This document shows positions 1 to 12,837 of a stretch of DNA of 64,000 nucleotides, piece by piece. The translations under genes were made by a program, and so were the position numbers. Position 1 is the first letter of the stretch, and every line of letters starts with the position of its first letter. Origin of the DNA: Setoptus koraiensis (lineage: Eukaryota > Animalia > Arthropoda); contig CM106586.1 in assembly GCA_048013815.1 (NCBI GenBank), positions 4,340,001 through 4,404,000 of the forward strand, read 5' to 3'. Below the pieces are notes generated by a model, which saw only the letters and a list, made by a program, of their open reading frames with translations, did no database searches and was not told the origin of the DNA.

Positions 1-2196
1 GCGAGCCGGTCAGCCAGCACTCAATCAATTAACTGTTTTGTTGGCGATGAGTGTATCGCGGCGTCATATTCGTGCCGTCGGACTGTGCCGGCCCGATTGG
101 CCGGCGCGTTGGCAGTCAACCAAACACACTATTATGGTGTGTCCGTAGCGAGGGCTGTCACTCGTGAGAAGAGCCGTGCGGGGGCAGCGCCCATCAATAC
201 GTGCCAGCATCGGCGCCTGCACGTGCACCGCCGTCAGCACTCGAGCGGGCGCGCATCATTTGCGCCCACCGACAGGGCCCGACAGACAGGAAGACAGGCT
301 TTGGGCGAGACAGGGCCCCAATAATAATAGGCACCGGCGGCCGTGAGAGAGATTTGGCCGGCCGAGCGACAGACTGTGTGCCCGTTGCACAGAGAAACGG
401 CACAAAGGGTAGCAAATTAATGGGTGGCGCTCCTTTCGCTCGATTCGGCGCTGGCGAGTCGCGAACGCACCTAGGTGCCCCGCGCACCGCGACACTCTGC
501 CCAGTTCGCCCAGTGGGTTGCATGCTCGGCTGGCTGGCCCGCTTGCGCTGGCCTAAATTATTTAGGCTAAACAGCCCGGCAGGGCCAGTGCCGAAGCGGC
601 TGCCGCTGTCGGGTCTGCGCGCCGTCCGGCTCGAATCTGGCGATCGCCATCCAATACCCATGGGCAAATTTAGTTCAATAGCGATATAGCCGGCCGATAT
701 TGCTCGCCGGCCCCGCCAACTGTCAGGCCGGCGAGCCAGCGAGCGAGCTATTAGCGGCCCGTGCCTGCGCCGATCTGCCAATCTCGCAGCCAGCGCGCGG
801 GGCCCCCGTCCGACATTCAGCTCAGCGCCGATATATAACTAGCGACATACCGCTCACACAACTATGTATACCCGGGTGATGCCTGGTGGCTGTAACTGGC
901 GACATAATATAGTATAAAAAGTATTAGTGATATTATAACAAGCGGGCGGAATGGGGGCGCCGTCAATATGAGCGCCGCCGCGGGACGCGGAAAGGGGTTA
1001 AGGTGAGCGCCATCATGCGCACCGCTAGCGTTACCGCTGGCGCCGATTGGCCCGCTGCCGCATCGGGTCGGCCCGCTTGTCGCGGGCCGACGCGACCCGT
1101 TGCCCCTGGCGCCCCCTTAGTCACTTTTTGGGCCGGGCCGGGCCGGGCCGGAGCAGCGACCAGAGCGGGCCAGCGAGCCGAAAAATGGATATTTACAAAA
1201 CTGGACTCATTACGGGTGTTTTCTACGCGATGATTTCTGCCGCTCGGGCCGCGCTGACATTTTCTGGCGTTGACGTTGTTGACGTTTGTCGTTGGTGACA
1301 AATTGACAAATTGACAATTTGTCACGCGACACCAACAACAGTTGCCACCGTTCGGCTGTAGGTGGCCCCTCGATGAGGGCTCCATCCATGCGTCGCCTTT
1401 TGAGTGCGTATTTGCGGCCCAAGCGGCGCCCCAAACGGCGGCCGTGCCACTCACTCAAAAAGGTGTCGCATGTGTCATTTGGGTGACGACCAGATTTTCC
1501 CATTTATCAAATCGCTGCTAGAGCCAGTTGATATTTTAGTGGCGTATATTGCAAATCCAAATATTGACTGCATGCCACATTAGACACTGACAACTGCCGA
1601 ACAGGAAGCAGGCGCACCGGCTAATCGGGCGAAAAGCAAATGTTTAATCTCGCTGACTGTCTTGGCAAATAGGTGCCCCAGTGGGCTGGCAGCGCCACCG
1701 CCAGCCATGTGGAGCGGGTCGAGCGAGTGGAGCGGATCGAGCGTCGAGCAGGAAATATCGACTCAATATATTATCGGCGATCGGCGCATCGGCGGCTCAA
1801 AAATGCATTAGGCTAATTTCGGCGCCATTGCATGCGACTTTATTCTTGTCGCGGCCCCGTTCTAGACACGCGATATAATTTCATATCGAGCGTAAATATC
1901 CATCAACGGGGCCCATTAGTCGCGTTGACTGGCGTGCAAAATCGGGCGCGTCGGCGAGCGGGCGCAATGGTGCGCATTTGCATTTGTATTTGTATTTGTC
2001 TGCTTACAGAAACAGATAAACTATTCAGCTATTCAACTAGTGTCGCCGAAATTCAAAATTAAAAAGTGATGGATCGACGTTGCCACTTGTCGTGCCGAAA
2101 CGCCGGCTGCTCTGGATGTTTTTGGCAACTCGCATAGTGTTTCTTTTGGAGCTTCAGTCGGGCTCGCCAAGAGGCCAGAATTTTCGCGTCCACAGC

Positions 2197-2204
2197 TATA
2201 AATA
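2197..2204 (+). promoter_or_regulatory. Possible TATA box (TATAAATA) upstream of the 452-aa orphan gene
   Basis: TATAAATA about 240 nt upstream of ATG 2439. No clear initiator seen, and a possible donor (cg|gtatgt) lies just downstream, so support is weak. Confidence 0.3.
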
Positions 2205-2438
2205 GCAACAAACGGTATGTTTATGTGTGTCGGATTTCTGGCGTTCATCGTTGCATGTTGTGTTGTTGTCTGTTGCTGTCTGTTGGCCTATTGCAGGGTT
2301 TGATTGTCGATATCGCATGATCGGTGTCAGCGTTTCTAGCCTCTGATGATGAGCTGTTGTTTGGGAGCGATCGAGAGAGCGAGCTAGCGAGAGATAATAA
2401 CGACAACTCATTGTTTGTGAGCGATCACACATAAAGTC

Positions 2439-3797
2439 ATGGCTGGCAAAATAGCAACCTCAGCTTGGCGACGCAATCAAGATCGAGATGGCCCCCATAT
2501 AAACGGCCGCCGTAATACAGTGGCGCATGGTCGTTGCATAACAACAACAGCAGCAACAACAGCAACAGCAAACAAAACTATTAGAATAAATTGCCTGGGC
2601 ACAATGGCCCTGCTGCTACTATTATCCGGCATGCCCATAATGAATATATTTAGCGAGCTCAAGGCTCGAGTTCGGGCCGCGCCAATGAACGCCGGCGCGC
2701 CCACACTGCAGTCGAGATCCGGTGCGCGCCGGGGCACCACAGATACGCTCGTGGCGCAGCCAACAACAACAATTTGGAATAATTTGGGCCCCGGCGCCAC
2801 AGTGGACAGGCGCGAGTCCGTTCCCGTCGCTAGTGGCAAAAAGAGCCCCATCGACAAGACAGCGATTGATTTATTCGCCAGCCAGCACACTGTGCAAGCG
2901 GCCAAAAATGAGGGCCCCAATGAGGGGCCCAACGAGGGGCCCGACGAGGGGCACGCGACACAACAGGCCCGTCATTTTGATAGTCACAGAAGGAGCAGGC
3001 GATCAATTGATGGGCAATCGAACGAGTCGGCCCACGGCGACGCTCTAATGGATAAAAAATTCTCATTAGAATATCCAAACTATTGCTGGTTCGCCGGCCT
3101 AGAGAATCGCATCCTATTAGAGTATCCCCAATTTAGGACTCTCGTTGAGGAGCACGACAGGGCGCGAACGGCCAAGAATGCGCCCGTGGCCATTGAATTG
3201 CATCGACAATTATATAAGCAGATATATTTGTTTGAATTGGAACGGGCCAGCGCGGACGATTGGAACAGCAGACAACAGCAACAGCAACAACACAATGACC
3301 GGCCGCCAGTGTCCAGCCGAGACAAGGCAGCCTATGCTGTGTTTAATTTGTGGGCCAATACACCTGGCGATTTCAGTTCGAGACAGACGGAATTTGGTAA
3401 TTATTTGGAGCCGTATTTTGTGCATTCGCACATTGAATTTTGGTCATTTTATTATTCAGAGGAACAGGGTCAAGCGGCCAAAGACGTGCTAGAGCAGCTG
3501 TCCATTTTGGCTAAAGCGGGCGAATTGGGCCCACTGGAGCTATTGCAAGTGTCCATGAATATAATCATGCTGATGAATTCGCACAAGGCCGATTTAACGC
3601 TGGACAAGCTCATCAACAGGGGCCTCGTTAAAGAGGATCTTTATGATGATTACTTTGGCAAAATAGTGCGCCTGATTGAGCGCGACGAAGACTTTCACGA
3701 TGTTACCTTTGATTATGTTTTCACCACCAACAATCTGGTGCACACAATGATTGACAATCAAATCGAGACATACATACTGCGCAACCTGGAGTCTTAA
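2439..3797 (+). CDS. Intronless orphan protein (452 aa; ~397 aa from Met at 2604), probably a secreted proprotein
   Basis: Long ORF with a protein-like C-terminal half. Hydrophobic MALLLLLSGMPIMNIF follows ATG 2604, then NEGP tandem repeats, a furin-type RRSRR site and a helical ~260-aa C-terminal region. No family motif recognised. Confidence 0.75.
   Translation: MAGKIATSAWRRNQDRDGPHINGRRNTVAHGRCITTTAATTATANKTIRINCLGTMALLLLLSGMPIMNIFSELKARVRAAPMNAGAPTLQSRSGARRGTTDTLVAQPTTTIWNNLGPGATVDRRESVPVASGKKSPIDKTAIDLFASQHTVQAAKNEGPNEGPNEGPDEGHATQQARHFDSHRRSRRSIDGQSNESAHGDALMDKKFSLEYPNYCWFAGLENRILLEYPQFRTLVEEHDRARTAKNAPVAIELHRQLYKQIYLFELERASADDWNSRQQQQQQHNDRPPVSSRDKAAYAVFNLWANTPGDFSSRQTEFGNYLEPYFVHSHIEFWSFYYSEEQGQAAKDVLEQLSILAKAGELGPLELLQVSMNIIMLMNSHKADLTLDKLINRGLVKEDLYDDYFGKIVRLIERDEDFHDVTFDYVFTTNNLVHTMIDNQIETYILRNLES
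2908..2950 (+). repeat. 12-bp coding tandem repeat (aatgagggcccc-like) encoding NEGP x3 + DEG
   Basis: Read directly in the sequence and in the ORF translation. Confidence 0.9.
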
Positions 3798-3828
3798 TTA
3801 ATAAATTCACCAATACCCGCAGCCTCTG

Positions 3829-3933
3829 GCCAGCCGAAACCTTTTCCCGAGCCGGCCTCACCTTTTCCCGAACCAGCCCAACCTTTTCCCGAGCCAGCCC
3901 AACCTTTTCCCGAATCGGCCCAACCTTTTCCCG
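3829..3933. repeat. 21-bp minisatellite, ~5 copies (ccttttcccgagccagcccaa)
   Basis: ccttttcccg recurs at 3840, 3861, 3882, 3903, 3924. Confidence 0.95.
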
Positions 3934-4040
3934 CAAGGTGCACGACCCGTATAATGTGACCGTGCAAATTAGCGATCGATCGAATTAGAGGATCATGGCG
4001 CATTATGTCGGGCGAGCGAGCGACCTAATCTCGCGGCGTC

Positions 4041-4104
4041 GGCAGCGGTTTTACAGGGGCAGCGGTTTTGCAGGGGCAGCGGTTTCGCAGGGGCAGCGGT
4101 TTTG
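4041..4104. repeat. 17-bp minisatellite, ~4 copies (ggcagcggttttgcagg)
   Basis: ggcagcggttt at 4041, 4058, 4075, 4092. Confidence 0.95.
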
Positions 4105-7100
4105 CCGCTGTAAGCCTCGAGAACTGGCCGCAAAACTAATTATGAGGCCCGCGCAGAGTTGCTCGGTCACTGACGAGCCGTTGCTCGGGCCCCACACCCA
4201 CGCACGGGCAAACAATAGTTTGTCAAACGCAGTTGTCATGAGTGTTTATTTTCATCATGTGTCTTCGGTGACAGTCGCTGGCTACAAAATGTAACTGTGA
4301 TTGAAACACAAACTGAAACCAAAACCCAAACCGAAAATGAAAATGAAATACAACACGAGCCAAGTGAAAAAACAAAGTTTCAACCCTTGCTCGTCGTGCA
4401 CTGCTAAAGCGGCGCCAGATATTAATCAGTGATGCCGTATAATTAGCGAGCCTATTACTGAGCTGGCCTGATACGGGCCGGCTCAGCGATACGGCCGTAG
4501 GGGCCCCCGCTTGCTGGATCAAATTTCGTATCTCGTGCTCACTCGCATCTGACAGCTTGCACATACGGCTGGCTGGATAATGTCACGCGCACCGGGATTT
4601 ACTTGACGCTCGCTTGATAATATGGCGTCCACTCTGGACGCGTTGTGCCACTTTCGGACTGTTGAACTATGCTGAAGGCGCTGACAAAGTTCCCTTCCAG
4701 GTTGCGTGCGGACAGAATTGAACGGGTGCTCGCTAGAGGCCCCCAGAATTGTTGAATTTTGCACGTGAATTGGCCTCTTTTTTCTGAGCCATTTTCGGCC
4801 TTATATCCAGCCATATCTAGCCATTCATTCGGTCAGAAAAACAAATCTCGCGTTCGTGTGTAACGCTCGCAGGCCCATGAAGCGTCCAACTCTGGTAGCT
4901 AGATCATTTGACCCCCGCTGCTCGTTGGGCTGCAGAGCCAAATAAGATAACACTTTTTTGGTTGCGAGCGAAAAATTTTTTCAAGATACGCGGCCGCATC
5001 TCGTTAGTCGGCCAGTGCTAGATTATGGATCGCCCATGTCCGACTGTCGGTTTGTTTGCAACAAGAGCACAGTCGGATGTATGGGCAAGATTGAGCTTGT
5101 TGGTGGGCCCAAAATACAGTGGGCCTGTCGCGAAATGAACAGTTTTATCAAGCGCGCCCTGCAACGTTCGCTGTGAAATTGGGGCCCCGCTTCTAAAATC
5201 GGTTTGACATACGAATTAGGTGTGTTGATTCACACACACACACAGAGGGAGTTTATTTCGACGAAACTCAACATTGGTCAAGATGTTGAGTTTGATCGAG
5301 ATAAGCAGTTTGTGCGAGAGAAGAGAAAATTCTCGGAAAAGCTTATGAAACACTCTAATAATAACTAATGTTTCACCGCCTGACAGCTCGGACAGGACGG
5401 CCAAGCAACTGTCAGCTTGTTGGCCGTCTCTAGTACCCAACAGCCTATATTAATCATAATTTTATTGTCTAGATCATAAGCTGATGAGAGTGGGCGCCGG
5501 CAAACGGGCACACTTGCCGCAACTCGGCTCTTCATTTATATTCTTGCTCTAAATTTTTGCCCCGTGGCTCTATCTTGTGTTGGCGAAATATTTTTGTTCA
5601 AAATATTGCGCAATCACAATTGATTGCACTTGTCACTTGCATTTTTTGATGTCATTGATCCGTGGCGTTTCGTTTTGGAGGGGCCAAAATTAACTGGCTG
5701 CGACCAGCAACAACCGGCCCCCAACGATGCGAAATGAAGTGAACTGAACCGAACGAGCGGATCAAATTTCGACCGAAATTGCCCCCAAAGAAACTCGCCC
5801 AGCTATATATGCTGTCATACACCTGTTGTTGTCAGACCGGACGTTGCGCCACTGTAGACTGGTGGCGAGTGTCGCGATCGCCGACGATATCCGACGATTT
5901 AGGTTGGTTGGTTTGTATTTTGGCGACAGGGCAAAAAATAAGATTGTGAGATTGATAAAGCACGACAACAACAGTGTCACTGTTGAACAGTGCAGGCGGA
6001 TATTTGCATGCAAGCCTCGGACAAAACTGAGCTTGTTGATGGCGAGGGCGTAACAATTGCGTCACCATTAGGCGCTGCCGATGGCTGCATATCGCACACT
6101 TGGGGGGGCAAGTGTGCGATGTGTCGTAATAACAAGCGATAAACAAAAGAGAGGAAGCCACTCGTATATTGAATGGATGAGGCACGTGATAAGGTAGTTG
6201 ACACGACGCCAGCATCTCAGTCAGCTGAACAATGATTAATCTTCGTCACATTTATCAAATGGCCAAATCAGCGCAACAATATACATGATATTAACTAGCC
6301 AATTGGCAAGCATTAACTCGACGCCATTATCTCTGTTGTTTTTATTACATAATCAATGGAGCTGGCTCGTGGCTGGTATCTCGTGCACACAAATACTACC
6401 CACAGCGACTTGCACTGCGCACAGTTGCACTGCACAGAGCGAACGATGGCTGGCATTATTATTATTACGTAACGAGCGTGTGCTTGTGCTCGGGGCCCCA
6501 GTTTGTTGGCGGTGCCTGTGTGTGCATGCTAGTAATGCGACCTTAGCGTGTTAGTTGTTATTTATAAAATAAAGTCGCGCCGTAATGAGCTATTGTTGTC
6601 GTCGTTGTCGTCGCTGTCGTCGCTGTCGTCGCTGTTTAGTCTGCTCGTGCATAATGGACGCCACGCACTCCGGCACGCACGCGATTAGCCTGGCTAGTTG
6701 ATGATGGCGAGACCGTGGACTTGGGATTAATTAAGAGCTTTGATTGATTTTGCGCGATGCGAATTCATGCGCACACATGAGGCGCGCGAGCAGCCGAACG
6801 TGCCAAATTGCATCATCGCCAACCATGACACTAACGCGGCTTGCTGTGCCGACCAATGACCAGCGGCGAGCCGTGCTCAGTGATCATTCAGTTTTACGGG
6901 ACTCTCAACGGGCCAGTTGATGATGCAAAATGGTGATTGGGCGACGCTGTCACGGACACTGTCACCATTTTCATAATCTCGCAACGCACAAACAAATAAA
7001 TCCCTAAATAGATCCGTTGGTTGTGCCACCAATCGCACTGCCACTGTGTGCTCGTGATTCACAAGTTGTGATTCACTGTCGTCGGAGCGGCCCCATTCCG

Positions 7101-7168
7101 AGCATGATTCATGCATGACTCCAACTGATGTATAAACAATAACAATTATCACAATATCCGTTGTTGCG

Positions 7169-7228
7169 CCTCTGGCCGCCAGAGTGCAGCGATTTCACCC
7201 TCTGGCCGCTAGAGTGCAGCAATTGTCA
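7169..7228. repeat. 30-bp tandem duplication; the first unit carries a small hairpin ctctgg-ccg-ccagag
   Basis: cctctggccgc[c/t]agagtgcagc at 7169 and 7199. Confidence 0.9.
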
Positions 7229-8108
7229 TTGGTCTGATCGATTGCGTTGCGGTCGTGAAGCGAGTGCGCCAATTGTGACAAAGAGCCCAACTTGTATCTT
7301 GTGCATTACACATTGTACTTATATGACCGTCTTACAAGCTGGCCAAAACTGACCAAACAGGATAAAATGGCCCATTTATTATGCATGGCAAGCTGACTCT
7401 CAGTGTGCTCTCTTTGCACAATTTGTCGCTGCGTTGCTGTCTGTATCATTGTTTCAGTTCGCGAACTTGGGCCCAATGAGGGGGCGAGCTTTGTTACGCT
7501 CGTTGTTACGCTGCGGGCCGCAGTGGCGTGGGCGTGCAAGATGAATTGGGCCTTTATTTTTGCAGTGTGGAGGCTTTGGTGCGAGCTCGCGAAGCCAGAA
7601 ATATCCCGCTGGCGCCAAAATGTAAGCCAGAGCTGTTTGCTCAACTGATAGTATCGTCATTTCCAATTATAGCCGCCACTAATGGTACGATGAGCCACTG
7701 GCCAGTGCGTGTGTGTGTGTGTGTGTGTCGAGCACACACCTATGGGGCCATTTGATCGATTAACGGGGCGCCCGCAAGCAGCATATGTGCGGCACGAGCT
7801 GGGGCCCCGAGCCCGTGGCAAGCGGCCGGCCAGCGCTGATTAACTGATGCCAGCCGCGGCGAGCTGATACGGCCAATTGCGCCTGTTGGCCCCCGATCTC
7901 ATACGATCCGATCGCTGTTACATGCAACACGGACACAGCGACCGGATCTGATCGCATCGAGCGAGCGACATAGCGATATAGTGATACGGCGATACAGCGC
8001 TGGCCATTTGTCGGATTGTTCGGCCTGTTGGTGGGGCCCCTCGCTAATTAACGAGCACACATTCACACAAGCTGTGCCGCTCGTGCTGGCTTCGCTCCGG
8101 CCCACCGG

Positions 8109-8149
8109 CGCCCCTTCTGGCGAGACAGACGCCCCTTCTGGCGAGACAG
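8109..8149. repeat. 21-bp tandem duplication (cgccccttctggcgagacaga)
   Basis: Two adjacent near-identical copies. Confidence 0.9.
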
Positions 8150-8546
8150 CGCGCTAACGGGTTCGCCCGAGCAACGGGCCACTTATTATCGTGTTGCAAT
8201 GACCGCCGCCATAATCATAATAATAGTGATAATAATAATAACAATAATAATAGAATAATAATGATAAAAAATGACGATAGCGACAGAGCAGGCATCATTA
8301 GGGCCCCCTAAACACGCACACTGGGCCGGCCGGCTGGCGACAAAATCCAATAGTTGGCACGAATTTGCTTAGATGTTGTGAGCGTACATGTTGCAGCAAG
8401 AATTACATGTGAGCCGCCGGTAATGATGGCCGGCGATGATTGATGATCATGGCGTATTTTTGGCGCTCTTTTTCAACATCTTGCCAGGCCGTGCAAGTTA
8501 CAAGTTACGTAAGCTAGGTGAGCGGTTGCGTAACGGGCAACTTGTA

Positions 8547-8595
8547 CCTCATACATCATATCGGGCCTCACACATCATATCGGGCCTCACACATC
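8547..8595. repeat. 19-bp tandem duplication (acatcatatcgggcctcac)
   Basis: Exact copies at 8553 and 8572. Confidence 0.9.
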
Positions 8596-9911
8596 GACGT
8601 GTTCAGTTGGTTGAGTACTGATCAATTTGTGTGTGTGTTGCATGTCTATTAACGGTGCCACACAAGAAATTATTTGCCGGCCTCATTATTGGCCCCAGAC
8701 AGCGCCGCTAGGGGCGCAGTGATGCCATCATTAGCGATGCCGTCGTCATGCTAATAACACGGCGTGGCCGACACCGCCAACAGTGTACGCGAACAGTGTA
8801 CGCAAATAGCCCAGCAGTTGAACGGCCGAGCAGCCGAATATCCGAATATCCGAATAGCCGAACAGGCGAATTAATTTAATTTAACACATCCATCAAATCG
8901 CCTTGATATTTGAATCTACGATGCGCTAAAAATTAACTAAAAAGCCAGCGAAATACCCGCACACACGGCATGTTTGCACTTGATCGGGCCACGCTTGTAC
9001 ACACAATAACAAATTCACTGGTTGCCGGCCCCAAATAAATACACTGGCTACTACGAACAGTGTAATACGAGCCGCCATTGGGCGCCATCGGGCGCCACTG
9101 AGCCGTCATCGAGCGCTGGCGAGCGGCCGCCATCGAGGCCCCGAGGCGGCCGCTCGCTCCAGTGGCTAGACGCGGCGGCGGCCAGTTCATTTGCGCTGCA
9201 AATTTATGCATGGATATGCGCCGCAAATCGATTCTGATTTTGGCCACTGTAAAACGCCCGACAACCGGCTGACAATTGGCTGAACAAATATTTGCACGAT
9301 ATTTGGCGCCGTCTGGCGCGTGTATCGCGCGGCCTGGCCAGATTGGCAGTCACTCAATAGAGAGAGAGACACATTGTAAATTTGCGGCCGTGGCCTGCGA
9401 ACAGATTTAGTGTCAGTTGTCGATGCCATTGTGTCTACACCAGATTTGGCCTTGGCTCGGCTCGGCTCGGCTCGCATTGGGGCCCGATTGTGACGACTGA
9501 CCCCACGGGAACCCTCCAGTTTGTTTGTGTGGCACGGCTAACTGCTGGGCTGCGCTCGCTGCGGCCGTTCGTTTATTGTCCGCATGCCCGCCATTATGTT
9601 ATAACTGCCATTGACGCATTATCTGGCCAGCCTGACGCGCCTCGAGTAAGAGGATTAGCAGCGGCCGACGGCGACAGGTAAACCAACGAACATGTTATAT
9701 AATGTTGCAATAACCTGAGAGCAGTCGACGCTCAAGAGCCATATAACAAGTGCAATTGGCTCTCGACGCAACTCGCTGTAGTGAGCTACATCGAGAAAGA
9801 CACACAAACAGAGCGAGCGATTAATTAGATAAGATGCAGCCCGGCTACAAAGTAATAAAGTATTCATTATTTATGGCTGCTCCAATCAGATCATTCGGGG
9901 CCCGTTGGGGC

Positions 9912-9950
9912 CCCGGCCAGACACCGGCTCTCAGCCGGTGTCTGGCCGGG
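9912..9950. repeat. Perfect 18-bp inverted repeat with 3-nt loop
   Basis: cccggccagacaccggct / ctc / agccggtgtctggccggg; the arms are exact reverse complements. Confidence 0.95.
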
Positions 9951-12117
9951 CGAGATTGGCGCAGATAAGAGCAGATTTATCATATGCTAATTCGTGCGCT
10001 TGTCGTCTGTGCGCCACAAACTCTTTGCACACACTAATCGGGTAAGCAAATCATGAGTTTATATCCGTTGGCTGGCTGCCGGGCCCACATCACAGTTATT
10101 CGCAAGCAACGACTGAGCATAAGCAACCGCCAGACATAATGCAAGCTCGCGAGGCTGCCACCCTGGCGCCAGATATCAACAAAACGGCGAGCGGGCCCCA
10201 GCGAACGCCAGTCAGACACAAAATAACAAAACGCACAAATAGCAGAATAATGGAAATCTGACTGCGAGTTGCAGTTGCAGGTTTGCGTTGTTTGTGTGCC
10301 TCTTTTAGTGTGCCGGTGGCTGGCATTTGGACGCATTTAGCCGCGCCATTATGCGCTATTCAAGCAACGGCTATCAGTTAGCTATCAGCGCCAAGCAATA
10401 GCGGGGCCCCATGCAACAACAGTGTGCGCAAACCTGGCCAATAACTGCAACGCTATTATCCGGCGCTATTTCCGGCAAGTTTTGCCAGCAGCAGCAGTAG
10501 CAGCAGTAGCAGTGGGCCCAAAACAAACTGCGTGGCGAGCGAGCAGCCACAGGCCACTTGCTTCTCGGGGGACTATCTAGCGATTAGGCGATTGTTGGGG
10601 CGATTATGTCGATGAAAGTTGCCCGAATGAGACCAGTGCAATGTTGCGCGCATTATGCAATTTGTGCCAGCCCGACCGGCATACAAATCGGCACACAAAT
10701 GGCAACACAATGTTGCCAACAGCGACCGGTCAGCTGACTGCTGCTGCTGGCATGGGGATAAGCATCGAGCGCAACAATGTTGTAAATTCAATTGGAGCAC
10801 GCTTTTTGAATTTGCAGCACGTGGACACAGTGAGCGCACAGTGGGGCCCAAGCTCGTGCTTAGACTACAATTGTGACAGCATTCATCAATCAATTGGAAA
10901 AATCTCGAGCATGCACTATTGGCTGCTAAACGAATCGGCCCGAACGGGGGGCCCCCGAAAGAACGGGCCCAGAGCCGGGCAAATTTGACAACTAGAACAA
11001 GGAGCCAGCGTAAACCGCAGCGAGCGCACAATTGCGGCCGCAGATCAATAATCAATTACAATAATCTGTACATCTATTCACGTTGGCATACACAGCGAAG
11101 TGTATACATTCGCATTTACATGTTCGCGTATCGTGAGCAACCATTAGCGGATATGCGGCCCACACGACGGGACCCACTCGTCTCATCGTCCTCTGACGTT
11201 GAGACGAGTGGGCCCCAGTTTGCGGCATGTCGATCTTGTTTGAAGGTTTTGCTGCGTCTCACCATTGTCAGAGGGCGTCTTGGCGTCGCGCTACACACAC
11301 ACAGTGACAGAAACCCAAGTAACAGTGCAAATTGGTTTAAATAGGCTCGACGTCAACGACGGCCAATCTGTCATGATTTCGGCGCTTGTGCCGGCGATTA
11401 AATTATCCCAATCTCGCCAAGAGACTCCAAGAGACCCCAACACAAATAGAGGAGTCAATGAAGCGTGCATAGCAAAAACATGCAAAACAACTTGCTGGTA
11501 TTGTAATGAGCGTATGTCCGCCGACGCGACGACGCCACCAAATGAGCCAGCGACAGACAAATAAACAAACCAAGCGGCAACAGTTGCATAATATTATTAT
11601 TATGTTTGCGCCGCAAACTGCAAATTTAACTGCATGTTAATGATGTCGTCGCATGCTTGCGCGATACCGGCCAGCTGATTTGTTTTGTTTCATTATTTTA
11701 TCCGTCTCCGTTTCATGCCCAGCCTGCCAATACTGAATACTGGGCGCACTGAAATGGCGCCCCTCGCCAGTGTGTACCGAACTTTAAATTTGCTGAACGA
11801 ATCCGCCACACCGACAGCCAGCAAACGTGCTCACGGCATCATTGCGACGCAGCGCACAATAAATAAATAAAGAAGATAAATAAATTCTTAATCGTGCAAG
11901 ACGCTTAACAATGACGCCCGGTGGTTACGCAATAGTGACAGTGATTTATCTTCGGTGCAAGCCGACAGGGGCCCACGCGTCTCGCGTGGCAGATATTCAA
12001 ATGTGGCACGACCAGTGCACTTCACTTTTCAATGCAGTCTTCACGGCCTCTAGTGGCTCGGCCGCCTGGTTGCGCTGGCACCACGAGCCACAGCTCGCTG
12101 GGCGCCTCGACGAACTG

Positions 12118-12172
12118 CGTTCGGGTTCCGTTCGGGCTCCGTTCGGGCTCCGTTTGGGCTCCGTTCGGGCTA
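12118..12172. repeat. 11-bp minisatellite x5 (cgttcgggctc)
   Basis: Units at 12118, 12129, 12140, 12151, 12162. Confidence 0.95.
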
Positions 12173-12743
12173 CGTTGGCCGGGGGCAGGCACAGCGGCGC
12201 ACGTGTAAGCGACAGCACAAAGCAATAAGCGTCTTGGCTGAATCGCTGGCGCAATATCCGTTGTGTTGCGCGATGGGGCCGCGCGATAGGCCCGTTCGAA
12301 AGGAGTGTCTATCGACAGAGTTGCACGGATGAGCCGAGAGGCGGCACGCGACGAACGGGAGACAATGGCACAATGGAACGGGCACGACAGGGGCCCGAGA
12401 AAAATAGAAATAGCAGCAAAAGTGGCTCACGCATTTGATTGGCGGGTCCCCGGTGCGAGTCGGCGGCGAGCGGCACCTGAGCGGGCTCCGTTCAGCAGTC
12501 GGCAGCTTCCATTAGGCGGCCGGCGGACAAGCGCGGGGCCCCAGACGGCGCGCGCTGTTTGTCAAAAAGAGCTCTTTAGAGATATCACGGCAATTGGTAT
12601 GGTGGCGCCCATTCAAATGATAATCATTGTTGCTGGCAGTGGTGATTTGAAGCGTGCGCCAGCCATTAGCGATACACTGGCTACAGTGAGTGTGCGCGCC
12701 AGTGGCAAGTCGCGAACGCCGCTAGGCGCCAGCCGATCAACAT

Positions 12744-12837
12744 AGGGACACAGCGACACAGCGACGTAGAGTCGCAGGGACATAGCGACGTCGAGTCGCA
12801 GGGACATAGCGACGTCGAGTCATAGGGACATAGCGAC
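12744..12837. repeat. 24-bp minisatellite, ~4 copies (agggacatagcgacgtcgagtcgc)
   Basis: agggaca at 12744, 12776, 12800, 12824. Confidence 0.9.

Noticed and set aside
85-1503. Overlapping 60-195 aa ORFs on both strands
   Set aside because: Arg/Ala/Pro/Gly-rich, as expected by chance in GC-rich DNA; no motifs or consistent splice structure.
5623-5634. attgcacttgtc resembling miR-92
   Set aside because: Only a 12-nt match and no precursor-length hairpin.
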